A stretch of 63,425 nucleotides of DNA, the filler included, from Chiloscyllium plagiosum (taxonomy: Eukaryota): assembly GCF_004010195.1 (NCBI RefSeq). It is 5 parts of 2 records of this genome, joined end to end, with 100 filler letters (N's around TTAATTAATTAA, not from the genome) between each part and the next. Parts side by side here need not be neighbours in the genome. Positions count along the whole stretch, not along the records: positions 45,752 to 62,097 come from NC_057712.1; positions 62,198 to 63,425 come from NC_057713.1; 3 more parts are not named here. One strand, written 5' to 3'. Each line of letters begins with the position of its first letter. Within the stretch, counting starts at the first letter, position 1. The notes beneath the pieces were generated by a model. It searched no databases and had not been told where the DNA came from. It worked only from the letters and a program-made list of their open reading frames with translations. Made by a program: the position numbers and the translations under genes. Positions 52,560 through 63,425 of this stretch are shown one piece after another.

Positions 52560-54395
52560 TTCAGGAAGGAAATAGGTATAAACCAGGAAACTACAGGCGA
52601 GTCACCTAACCTCAGTTGTGAGGGACAGAATTAATCTGCCGGTCAGCATGGTTTTGTTAAGGGAAGGTTATGTCTGACCAACCTTACTGAGTTTTTCAGA
52701 GGTAATACGGTGTGTATATGAGGGCAATGCTTTTGATGTAGTCTATTCGGACTCCAAAGGCTTTTGATGAGGTCCTACTTGGCAGACTAATAGCAAAAAA
52801 TAAGAATCTTTGGATCCTTTCCTTGGGATCCAAGGAAATTTGGCAAACTGGCTCCACAATTGGCTTGAGGGCAGAAAGCAGAGGGTGATGGATGAGGGTT
52901 GTCCAATGGGCTTCCACAGGGGACAGTGTTGGGACCCTTGTTATTTGTGATGGGATGGGGTATCCTGTAAGTTTCAATCAGATCCTCCTTCATTTTTCTA
53001 AACTCCATCGAGTGCTTAACTGCTCCTCATATGATGAGCTTTTTGTACCCTTGTGAACATCCCCTTGACCTCCTCCAAGGCCTTAGATACTCTACCCAAA
53101 ATATTCGAAATGCAGTTTGACCAGAGCCTTATACGACCTCAGAAGTACATCTCTGCTCTTGAACTCTAGCCCTCTTAAATGAATGCTAACACCGCAGCTG
53201 TCTTCCTAACTGCAAATGAACTGCATATTAACGTTTAAAAAATCCTGAACTAGGATTCCCAAGTCCCTTTGTGCTTCAGATTTCTGAAGACTTTCCCCAT
53301 TTAGAAATAGTCTATGCTTCTATTCTTCATACAAGTGCACAACCTCACATTTTTCCATATTGTATTCCATCAGCCAGCTCTTTGTCCACTCTCCTAGCCT
53401 GCCCCAGTCCTTCTGCAGCCTTCTGCCTCCTCAACACTACCTGCCCCTCCACCTATTTTTATATCATCTGCAAATAATGCCCTCAGTCCCTTCATCCACA
53501 TTATTAATGTGTAACCTGATTAGTTGTGGGCCCAACATTGACCCTTACGGAATTCCTAGTTACTGCAGTCTTCCTGAAAAAGGTCCCTTTGTTTCCACAA
53601 TCCTCTATCCATGCCAGTACCTTGCCCCTAACACCAGGAACCCATTTTTTGTTTCGCAGCCTCTGCTGTGGCACCTTGCCAAGGCTTCCTGAAAATCCAA
53701 ATAGATCATGTCCACTGGCTCTCCTTTGTCTAACTGTAGCTCCTCAAAGAATACTAACAGATTTGTCAGGCATAACCTCCTCTTGATGAAGCCATTCTGA
53801 CTCAGTCTATATTACCATGTGTTTCCAAGTACTCTGCAACATCATCCTTAATAATGGACTCGGAAATCTTAGGAACAACTGAGGTCAGGCATAATTTCCT
53901 GTCTTCTGCCTCCCTCCCTTCTTAATGTAAAAATGGCTGTTACATTAGCCATTTTTCAGTTCTCTGTGATCGTCCCTGGCTCCAATGATTCCTGAAAGAT
54001 CACTACCAATGCCTCCACAATCTGTTGAGAGGTACAAAATTATGAGGGACCGAGATAAGGTAGACTGGAAGAACCGTTTCCTCTTGATAGAGGGATCATT
54101 GACAAGAAGACATAAATTTAAATTAAAGGTCAGAAGGTTTGGAGGGGATGAGAGGTAAATGGTTTTACCCAGAAAGTGGTAGGAAATGGAACTCACTGCC
54201 TCTCACGATACAGCCAGAAACCCTCATAACATTGAAGGAGTATTCAGATGTGTACTTGCAATGCCAAGGTATACAAGGCTATGGACCAAGTGCTGGAAAA
54301 TGAGATTAGAATAGTTAGGTGATTGCATCTGCGCCAGTCAAAAAGAATGGGCCAAAGGGCCCTCTTCAATGCTGTCCATCTCTATGTCTCTATGA
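52560..54395. mobile_element. Cluster of degraded CR1 fragments in both orientations
   Basis: cagcatggttttgttaagggaagg (QHGFVKG) on +; RT remnants on - at 52960-54020; 3' tail on + at 54020-54395. Confidence 0.75.
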
Positions 54396-54963
54396 CAAAC
54401 CACGTCAAATAAATTGACAAATGCTTTAAAATGATTTGAGATACATACATACACATAAATCCAGAGCAGGAGTAAACATGGCAATTTGTGCTTGCTCTGT
54501 CATTCATTATGATCATAGTTGATCAGCAAACTGTTCCTGCTTTTCCTGCCTATCATTTGATCCCTTTTGCTGCAAGTGCTACATCCAACTCCTACCAGAA
54601 CTCATGCAATGTTTTGGTCTCAACTGAATCCCCAGGCTCTCAACCCTGAGTGAGAACAATCTCTCCAAAATGGTTTACTCCATATCCATATCAGAGAGCC
54701 ACAAAGAATAAAAGCAGAATTAGGCCATTCAGCCTATCGGGTCCTCTTCCCCATTCAATCATGGCTAATATGTTTCTCAACCCCATTTTGCTGCCTTCTC
54801 CCCACCATTCTTGATCCCCTTGCTAATGAAGAGTCTGTCTATCTCTGACTTAAATACACTCAATGACTTGGCCTCCATAGCCCTCTGCAGCAATGCCACC
54901 ATCTGGTTGAAGAAAGACCTCCTCATCTCAGTTCGAAAGGATCATCCCTTCACCCCAAGGTTA

Positions 54964-56980
54964 CATAGAACATAGAAAAGTACAGCACAGAACAGGCCCT
55001 TTGGCCCACAATGTTGTGCTGGTGGTTAATCCTAATGTAAAATATAATAACTTAACCTACGCACCCCTCAACTCCCTGCTCTCCACGTGTCTGTCCAGCA
55101 GTCGCTTAAATGTCTCTAATGACTCTGCTTCCACCACCACCACTGGCATCGCATTCCATGCATCCACGATTCTCTGCGTAAAGAACCTATCTCTCATGTC
55201 TCCTCTATACCTTTCCCCTAATATCTTAAAATTATGACCCCACGTACCCGTCAATCCTGCCCTGGGGAAGAGTCTCTGGCTATTGACTCTATCTATTCCT
55301 CTCATTATCTTGTATACCTCAATCAGGTCTCCTTTCTTCCTCCTTCTCTCCAGAGAGAAAAGTCCGAGCTTTTTCAACCTTTCTTCATAAGGCAAGCCCT
55401 CCAGTCCAGGCAGCATCCTGGTAAACTTTCTTTGCACCCTCTCCAAAGCCTCTGTATCTTTCCTATAGTAGAGCGACCAGAACTGGACACAATATTCCAA
55501 GTGTGGTCTCACCAGGGACTTGTAGAGCTGTAGCAAAACCTCGCGGCTCTTAAACTTGATCCCCCTGTTAATGAAAGCCAAAACACCATATGCTTTCTTA
55601 ATAACCCTGTCCACTTGGGTGGCAACTTTGAGAGATCTATGTACTTGCATACCCAGATCCCTCAGTTCCTCCACACTGCCAAGAATCCTGTCTTTAATCC
55701 TATATTCGGCATTTGAGTTCAACCTTCCAAACACATCAGTTCACATTTATCCAGGTTGAATTCCATCTGCCATTTCTCAACCTGTCTGTGTCGCGCTGCA
55801 ACCTGTAATAGCTCTCGATACTATTGACGACACCTCCAACCTTTGTGTCATCTGCAGATTTACTAACCTACCCCTCAACCTCCTCATCCAGGTCATTTAT
55901 GAAAACGACAAAAGCAGGGGCCCAAGAACAGAGCTCTGCGGGACCCCACTCAACACTGACCTCCAGGCAGAATATTTTCCAGCTCCAACCACTCTCAGCC
56001 AACCAATTCTGAATCCAGATATCTCCAATATCCAAATCTCCCTGTATCCCATACTTCCTGACTTTATGAATGAGCCTACCATGGGAAACCTTATCGAATG
56101 CCTTAAAGTCCAGATACACCACATCCACTGCTCGACCTTTGTCGACCTGTCTTGTCACCTCCTCAAAGAACTCAATAAGATTTGTGAGGCATGACCTGCC
56201 CCTCACAAAGCCATGCTGACTGCCTTTAATCACACTATGCTTTGCCAAATAGTCACAGATCCTATCCCTCAGAATTCTTTCCAAAACTTTGCTGACCACA
56301 GACGTAAGACTTTGACTGGTCTGTAATTCCCTGGGATTTCCCTATTACCCTTCTTGAAAAGAGGAACAACATTCGCCTCCTTCCAATCCTCCGGTGTGAC
56401 TCCCGTGGAGAGTGAAGAGGCAAAGATCTTCGCCAGCGGCTTAGCAACCTCCTTTCTTGCTTCCAGGAGCAGCCTAGGATAAATCTGGTCTGGCCCTGGG
56501 GACTTATCAATCTTAATGTTTTCCAAAATTTCCAGCACATCAACTTCATCAATCTTGATCTGGTCAAGCCTGAAGAAGGGCTTATGCCCGAAACGTCGAT
56601 TCTCCTTCTCCTTTGATGCTGCCTGACCTGCTGCGCTTTACCAGCAACACATTTTTAAGCTCTGATCTCCAGCATCTGCAGTCCTCACTTTCTCCTGGTC
56701 AAGCCTGTATCCCAGCTCCTCAAAGTTCTCATTCACAACAAGGTCCATTTCCTTAGAGAAATCTGAAGCAAAATACTCATGCAGGGCTTCCCCTATCTGC
56801 TCAGACTCCATGCACAAGTTCCCTACGCTATCCCTGGTCATCCTTACCTTCTCCCTGATCATTCTCTTATTCCTCACGTATGAGTAAAAAGCCTTTGGAT
56901 TCTCCCTAATCCTTTTGTCAAGCCTTTTTTGTGCCCCCTCCTGGTTCTCCCTGTCCATTTCTGAGCTCCTTTCTAGCAAG
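54964..56980 (-). mobile_element. Well-preserved CR1 ORF2 3' half with tail
   Basis: KSPGPDQIYPRLL, QHGFVRGRSCLTNLIEFFE, 225-aa open C-terminal ORF, tandem ACATAGA tail. Confidence 0.95.
56570..56601 (+). ncRNA. Minimal hammerhead core in a PLE-end insertion
   Basis: CTGAAGA-A-GGGC-TTAT-GCCC-GAAA-CG-TC-GATT; insertion flanked by the 13-bp repeat CTGGTCAAGCCTG (56560-56572, 56695-56707). Confidence 0.65.
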
Positions 56981-59175
56981 CCTGAACCCTTTCAAGTTTC
57001 ACATCATCTTTCTGATAGGAAGGAAACCAGAATTGCACGCAATATTCCAATAGTGGCCTTACCAATATCCTGTACAGCCACAACATGACCTCCCAACTCC
57101 TGTACTCAGTACTCTGACCAATAAAGGAAAGCATACCAAACGCCTTCTTCACTATCCCATCTACCTGCGACTCCACTTTCAAGAAGCTATGAACCTGCAC
57201 TCCACGGTCTCTTTGTTCAGCAACACTCCCTAGGACCTTACCATTCAGTGTATAAGTCATGCTAAGATTGGCTTTCCCAAAATGCAGCACCTCGCATTTA
57301 TCTAAATTAAACCCCATCTGCCACTTCTCAGCCCATTGGTCCAACTGATCAAGATCCCATTGTAATCTGAGGTAACCCTCTTCGCTGTCCATTTCCCTCC
57401 AATTTTGGTGTCATCTACAAACTTATTAACCATACCTCTTAAGCTCACATCCAAATCATTTACATAAATGATGAAATGTAGTGGTCCCAGCACCAATCCT
57501 TGTGGCACTCCACTGGTCACAGGCCTCCAGTCTGAAAAACATCCCTCCACCACCACCCTCTATCTTCTACCTTTGAGCCAATTCTGTATCCAAGAGGCGA
57601 GTTCTCCCTGTATTCCAAGAGATCTAACCTTGCTAACCAGTCTTCCATGGGGAACCTTGTCGAACACCTTACTGAAGTCCATATAGATCACATCAACCGC
57701 TCTGCCCTCATCAATCCCCTTTGTTACTTCTTCAAAACCTCAATCAAGTTTGTGAGACATGATTTCCCACGCACAAAGCTTTTGGTCAGATCGTTAATCT
57801 ATAACATGAATAGTTGCCCTCATAACATGGACACCTGTGGAATTCTACTAGTCACTGGCTGCCATCCTGAGAAAGACCCTTTTATCCCTGCCATCTGCCT
57901 CTGCCAGTCAACTAATGCTCTATCCATGCCAGGACATTGCCCATAACACCATAAGCTCTTATCATATTTTGCAGTTTCCTGTGTTGCACCTTCTCAAAGG
58001 CCTTCTGGAAATCTAGACTGATCATGTCCACTGACTCCCTTTCTTCTAACTTGCTCGTTACCACCTCAAACAATCCAACACATTTGTCAGGCATAACCTT
58101 CACTTCACAAACCGTGCTAACTCTATCCTATTCTGCCATGCACTTCCAAATATTCTGCAGTCTCATCCTTAATAATGGTCTCTAAAATTTTACCAAGGAC
58201 CAAGGACAGGTTAACTAGCCTGTAGTTTCTTGTCTTGTGCCTCCCTCCCACCTTAAACAGGAGCGTTAAATTTGGCATTTTCCAGTCCTCTGGGACCCTC
58301 CCTGACTCCAATGATTCCCTGAAAAATCACCATGAATGACTCAACAATCTTCTCAGCTGTTACCCTCAGAACTCTGGGGTGTAGTCCATCCAATCTGGAT
58401 GATTTATCCACCTTCAGATCTTTCAGCTTCCTCAGCACCTTCTCCACTCACCTCTGCCTGTCACTATCTTCATGGTCTGGTATGCTATTAGTGATCTTCC
58501 ACCGTGAAAACTGATGCAAAGTACCTAAGCCATTCCTCCTTCATTTCATTGTTCACCAATTCTACTTCTCCAGCCTCATCTTTTATTGGTCCACTGTCCA
58601 CTCTTGCCCCTCTTACCTTTCACATATCTAAAAAATATAATTTTCTTTATATTACTTGCTAACTGACTCGCATATTTCATCTTCTTCCCCTTTACTGCTT
58701 TTTTAGTTATCTTCTGCTGGCTAGCTTGAAAGGCTTTCCAATCTTTTGCTTCCCACTAATTTTCACTGGATTATATGCTTTTTCATTTGCTTTCATACTG
58801 CCCCTGACTTCCCTTGTCAGCTACGTTTGCCTCATCCTCCCCTTAGTATGTTTCTTCCTTCTTGGGATAGATTTCTGCTGTGCCTCCCAAATTATCTCCA
58901 GAAACCCCTGACATTGCTGCTCCACCATCTTCCCTGCTAGGCTCCCCTTCCAATCAACTCTGACCAGCTCCCCCTTCATGCCTTTGTAGTTACCTTTTAC
59001 TCAATTGTAATACCATTACATCTGATTCCAGGTTCTCCCTCTCAAATTGCAGGGTGAATTCTATTATATTATGGTCACTGCCCCCATGGGTTCCTTCACC
59101 TTCAGCTCCCCAGTCAAGTCTGTCACATTACACATCACCAGATCCAGAACTGCCTGTTCCCTCGTGGGTTCTATC
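56981..59175 (-). mobile_element. Two further CR1 ORF2 fragments (56981-57780 younger, 57780-59175 older)
   Basis: [36 protein letters not shown]. Confidence 0.9.
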
Positions 59176-59293
59176 CCTGGTTATAATTATATAGTTGCTT
59201 TATAAAACTATAGAATTCATCACTGAAAGGTCCTGACTTAACTTTTGATGTCACAACACATCCACAGACAAAGGATTAAAAGTCTCTTAGCAG

Positions 59294-59876
59294 TTTGTGA
59301 GAAGATTTGTAGCTCGGGTGCTCGTTGTTGTGGTTCTGTTCGCCAAGCTGGGAATAGGTGACATCCTCAGTGCTTGGGAGCCTCCTGTAAAGCGCTTCTG
59401 TGATCTTTCCTCCGGTATTTGTAGTAGTTTGAATCTGCCGCTTCCGGTTGTCAGTTCCAGCTGTCCGTTGCTTTGGTAGGTATATTGGGTCCAGGTCGAT
59501 GTGTTTATTGATTGAATCTGTGGATGAGTGCCATGCCTCTAGGAATTCCCTGGCTGTTCTCTGTTTGGCTTGTCCTATAATAGTAGTGTTGTCCCAGTCG
59601 AATTCAGGTTGCTTGTCATCTGCGTGTGTGGCTACTAAGGATAGCTGGTCATGTCGTTTCGTGGCTAGTTGGTGTTCATGGATGCGGATCGTTAGCTGTC
59701 TTCCTGCTTGTCCTATATAGTGTTTTGTGCAGTCCTTGCATGGGATTTTGTACACTACATTGATTTTGCTCATGTTGGGTATCGGGTCCTTCGTTCTGGT
59801 GAGTTGTTGTCTGAGAGTGGCTGTTGGTTTGTGTGTTGTTATGAGTCCTAGTGGTCGCAGTAGTCTGGCTGTCAGT
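59294..59876 (-). mobile_element. Penelope-like element 3' end with an uninterrupted GIY-YIG endonuclease domain, 11-bp TSD
   Basis: VVYKIPCKDCTKHYIGQAGRQL..RIHEH...REFLEAWHS...SINK; TSD TCTCTTAGCAG at 59283-59293 and 59877-59887; same family as 7747-8593. Confidence 0.93.
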
Positions 59877-61709
59877 TCTCTTAGCAGGTTTGTGAAGGAG
59901 CAAGGGTTCTTCTGAATTTTTAAATTATTCAGCTTTGGATGATGAGCAGTGTTTCGATCATTGCAGCAAGAAGAATGCTCAGGCCAAAACAGAAACAAAG
60001 CATTATCTGTGCATTACTCCAACAATCTCCTGGAAACATGCCTTCCATTTTACTGCAGCCATAGTGCAAGTGTCAAACTCGAGAACCCTGGAGCGAAGCC
60101 TTCTCAGAACAGAAACTAAATCCTAATACAATAAGGACAATCCATCATCACCACCACAACAGGGAGGGCACAGCCAAACAGCTAAAGCACTGGCGTAAAC
60201 ATTCAGTAATACATGTAAATACTGCACATGGAAATCAAATATCTCTTTGAAACCGTGTAAGTGCCAGCAATTGCAGGATGGAATTTCAGATGACACACAT
60301 TCTACTATAGAGGAGAACTCAAATTTCAGCTGGGTATATAAAGAGTTTCTTCTCACTGCCATTCACAGCTCTGCACTTCAGTTTTAGTAGTGCATCCAAG
60401 TGACCATATGTCATGATTTCAGAGAATTAGAATCAGCCAGGCAGTCGGTGCTCTTTGTGCGCATCAGTCAAGCTGGTATTTCAGCCTCTATACATGTTAC
60501 TGACTGATGTTTCAGCTCCAGCAAGCAGTAACAGGCTGATGACTCTGCTGCTGCTGAATGTTGTACAGATATAGCATGATGATTAATCGCACTTTAATTG
60601 TACTTACTTCATATAAATAAAATCGGCCAATGAATCTACATGTGTTCAAAAGCTGGGACCAATCTACAGAAATGATTAGTTGAAATCAGGTGTAATCAAA
60701 TTCCATTTCAGGTGGCTATGTTGTGTTTCCTCTTGTGGCAGAAAATGTATTGCTTGGATTTACTGCCAACTGCTTACAGCAATCAATCTGTATTAGGCCT
60801 GAAGGTGATGTTTACTAAATGCTTTGCTGCAATATAACAAAGAGTACCTTCGATCTACCCATCACACACATTCAATTAATCTAGCCTTTTAATAATATAT
60901 CCATTAGATACTCAGAAGCTTGCCAGAAAACTAGCAGTGCTCCTTTAACAGAGAGAGTTATCTGAATTCTTTCTTGTTTGACTTCTGAAGTCTCCAGGCC
61001 ATATCATTGCCTGGACACAAGGGCAGCCAGGCACTTTGCTCCCATGCCTCTCTGTTCTAGGCAACTGAATCTGGGCAATAATCAGATTTATTTTCCATTC
61101 CTGTAAAACAAGAGTGTCAAACTCCAGTCGATGCACCATGTGCTGAAAAAGTCCCTCCTCTCTCTGACTTAACATTCACAGCTTTCCTCCACTACATTTT
61201 CCAGCTGGAAGGGAGGCCTAAGCACAACTTCCATACACTCGTTTGACCATACATTAACAACTTTCCAATTTCCTGGTTTGGTTCTTATTTCATATTTGGG
61301 GTGGGTAGAAAGTGATACTCTCTGATGTGAACCTTTATGAAGGGGAAAATGAATATATTTCAAATGGTGTATGGGTATTGGGAATCCTGAAGTTCCCATA
61401 AAACTGCACCAATTTCTGGATGATGAACTGCTTTTCAGAGAATTGGCAAGCCCTACCAGTCAAGGACAAAAAAGGACCAAGCTCAATTATGGAGGAGCTG
61501 AAACTTAACAGAAATAAATCTGGGTATTATGGCAAGAAGGTATGACACATCTATTTCCTTTTGCTTCTAAGATTGTGGGTCTTATTCACTGCACAGGGAG
61601 GGTTCAATTCTTCACAAATAGTAAAATGTGTGCAGCCAGCAACATGATGAAGTGTCAGAGACACTTGTACAACTGTGCTCACCACATACCCCACGCCTCC
61701 ACTACTTGC

Positions 61710-62097
61710 CTTTAAACAACCGTAACCTCAAACAGATCGCTGTTCGTAGCAAGCTGCCGGGCTCTCAGGACAACTCCATACAACCCTGCCACGCTGCAAG
61801 ACGTGTCAGAGTGTGGACATAGATACCACCATTACACGTGGGGACACCTCCCACCTTGTACATGGCAGGTACTCGTGACTCAGCCAACGTTGTCTATCTT
61901 ATACGTTGCAGGCAAGGATGCCTGGAGGCATGGTACATTGGGGAAACCGAGCAAAGGCTATGACAACGGATGAATGGGCACCGCACGACAATCAACAGAC
62001 AGGAGGGTTCCCTCCCAGTTGGGGAACACTTCAGTGATCCAGGACATTCAGCCTCGGACCTTCGGGTGACCATCCTCCAAGGTGGACTTCGGGATAG
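61710..62097 (+). mobile_element. Penelope-like GIY-YIG fragment (another family), cut by a gap
   Basis: DSANVVYLIRCRQGCLEAWYIGETEQRL*QRMNGHR...VGEHFS read from about 61875. Confidence 0.85.
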
Positions 62098-63263
62098 NNN
62101 NNNNNNNNNNNNNNNNNNNNNNNNNNNNNNNNNNNNNNNNNTTAATTAATTAANNNNNNNNNNNNNNNNNNNNNNNNNNNNNNNNNNNNNNNNNNNNTCA
62201 CCCTCAATGCCATACCTCCGTATTTTTTGATGTAGCCTACCATGGGGAACCTTATCAAACGTCTTACTAAAATCCAAATACACCACATCTACCGCTTTCC
62301 CCTCGTCCACCTCCTTAGTCACCTTCTCAAAGAATTCAATAAGGTGTTTCTTCTGCTTCAGGTGCTTTATGGTCAAATTGGCAAGGCAGTATATACATCC
62401 CATTTGGAATTGTCCTGACATTATGGGACTGGATCTGATCAGGTAAAAATGGCAAACGCCATCCTGAAGTAGATTTGACAATGTACCTTTCCTGTACATT
62501 GAAAAACACTCCACGCAGCTAAGAGGAAAAATGAGGATGGGGTGCAGGCCTTGTGCGTGCAAGGTAGCTTCAAGTGAGGTAGACTCTCCATCTGTTCTGA
62601 ATGTATTCTGAATTTATTATTTGCTCTGGAAATGTTTCATGAGAAGTGTAGAGGAAGCTTTAGTTTGTATAACACCAGTGCTGTACCTATCTTGGGAGCA
62701 TTTGATGGGCCAGAGTGGAGAGAGATCACAAATGTTCTTTAGGGAGGAAATTTATATCCTTAACCAATCTAGCCTACATGTGAATCCAGTCGCTTTTAAT
62801 GTGGTTAACCTTTCACAGCCACAAACACACACACACACACACACGCACGATTCACCAGGAAGATCATCACCACATTTTTGTATAAATTTTGAGCGTGTCA
62901 AAATAAGCACATTCAGGTAATACCTAGTGAAGGCTCTGTACTTTTTCCTAACTCCAGAGCTTTCACATGGTATGGTGCCTCTCACTTCATTCTGGCTGCT
63001 GTTATAATGAGGGCTATGGATGGTGCTAAATACCTATAGAGTGTTATACTAAACAGACTATGAACTGCCTAATTTCAGCTACTATCTTTGGAGTGGAATG
63101 AGAAATTTTTACCTTTTGTGTTTTTAGAATATGTTACCAAGAATCTTTTTCGATGAAGGGCTTATGCTCAAAACGTTGATTCTCCTGTTCCTCGGATGCT
63201 ACCTGACCAGCTGTGCTTTTCCAGCACCACACCCTCAACTCTGATCTGCCGTCCTCACTTTCT

Positions 63264-63425
63264 GGGTAGTGGCCTGGTGCAGGAGTGAGGGTAGTGCCCT
63301 GGTGCAGGAGTGGGAATAGTGGCTTGGTACAGGAGCTGGGGTAGTGGCCTGGTGCTGGAGTGGGAATAATGGCCTGATGCAAAGCTGGGGTAGTAGCCTG
63401 ATGCAGGAGCTGGGGTAGTGGCCTG
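63264..63425 (+). repeat. About 25-26 bp minisatellite (GGGTAGTGGCCTGGTGCAGGAG..)n running off the window end
   Basis: About six copies read directly. Confidence 0.85.

Noticed and set aside
59276..59998. Stand-alone GIY-YIG nuclease gene (240-aa ORF)
   Set aside because: The domain lies inside a TSD-flanked, 5'-truncated Penelope copy; the ORF N-terminus is read-through from flanking DNA.

Overview
Eukaryotic, repeat-saturated vertebrate DNA. The repeat set (HE1-type V-SINEs, CR1 LINEs, Penelope-like elements, a 33-bp satellite) points to a shark or other elasmobranch; that assignment is inference. Two partial protein-coding genes converge. On + are six exons of a kinesin light chain, most like KLC4 (4781-12324), covering the LFP-acidic linker and TPR repeats; one further exon must lie in the 11896-11995 gap. 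On - is one 90-nt exon of a PACS-family gene (28914-29003) that is absent from the ORF track. The 3' exons of neither gene are visible, and an exact 500-N scaffold gap (14355-14854) lies between them. The rest is nested transposon debris: many CR1 fragments including a near full-length copy, a 5'-truncated L1 ORF2, a decayed Gypsy provirus, several Penelope-like (PLE) families, SINEs, a tRNA-Gly pseudogene and minisatellites. The main hidden signal is that about five PLE-end families carry minimal type I hammerhead ribozyme motifs (CUGANGA...GAAA-[CG/GC]-UH) with family-specific complementary stems, often in short fold-back insertions with 10-15 bp target-site duplications. Both Gypsy LTRs also carry the same two insert families at the same site. 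Four gaps contain an artificial TTAATTAATTAA spacer.
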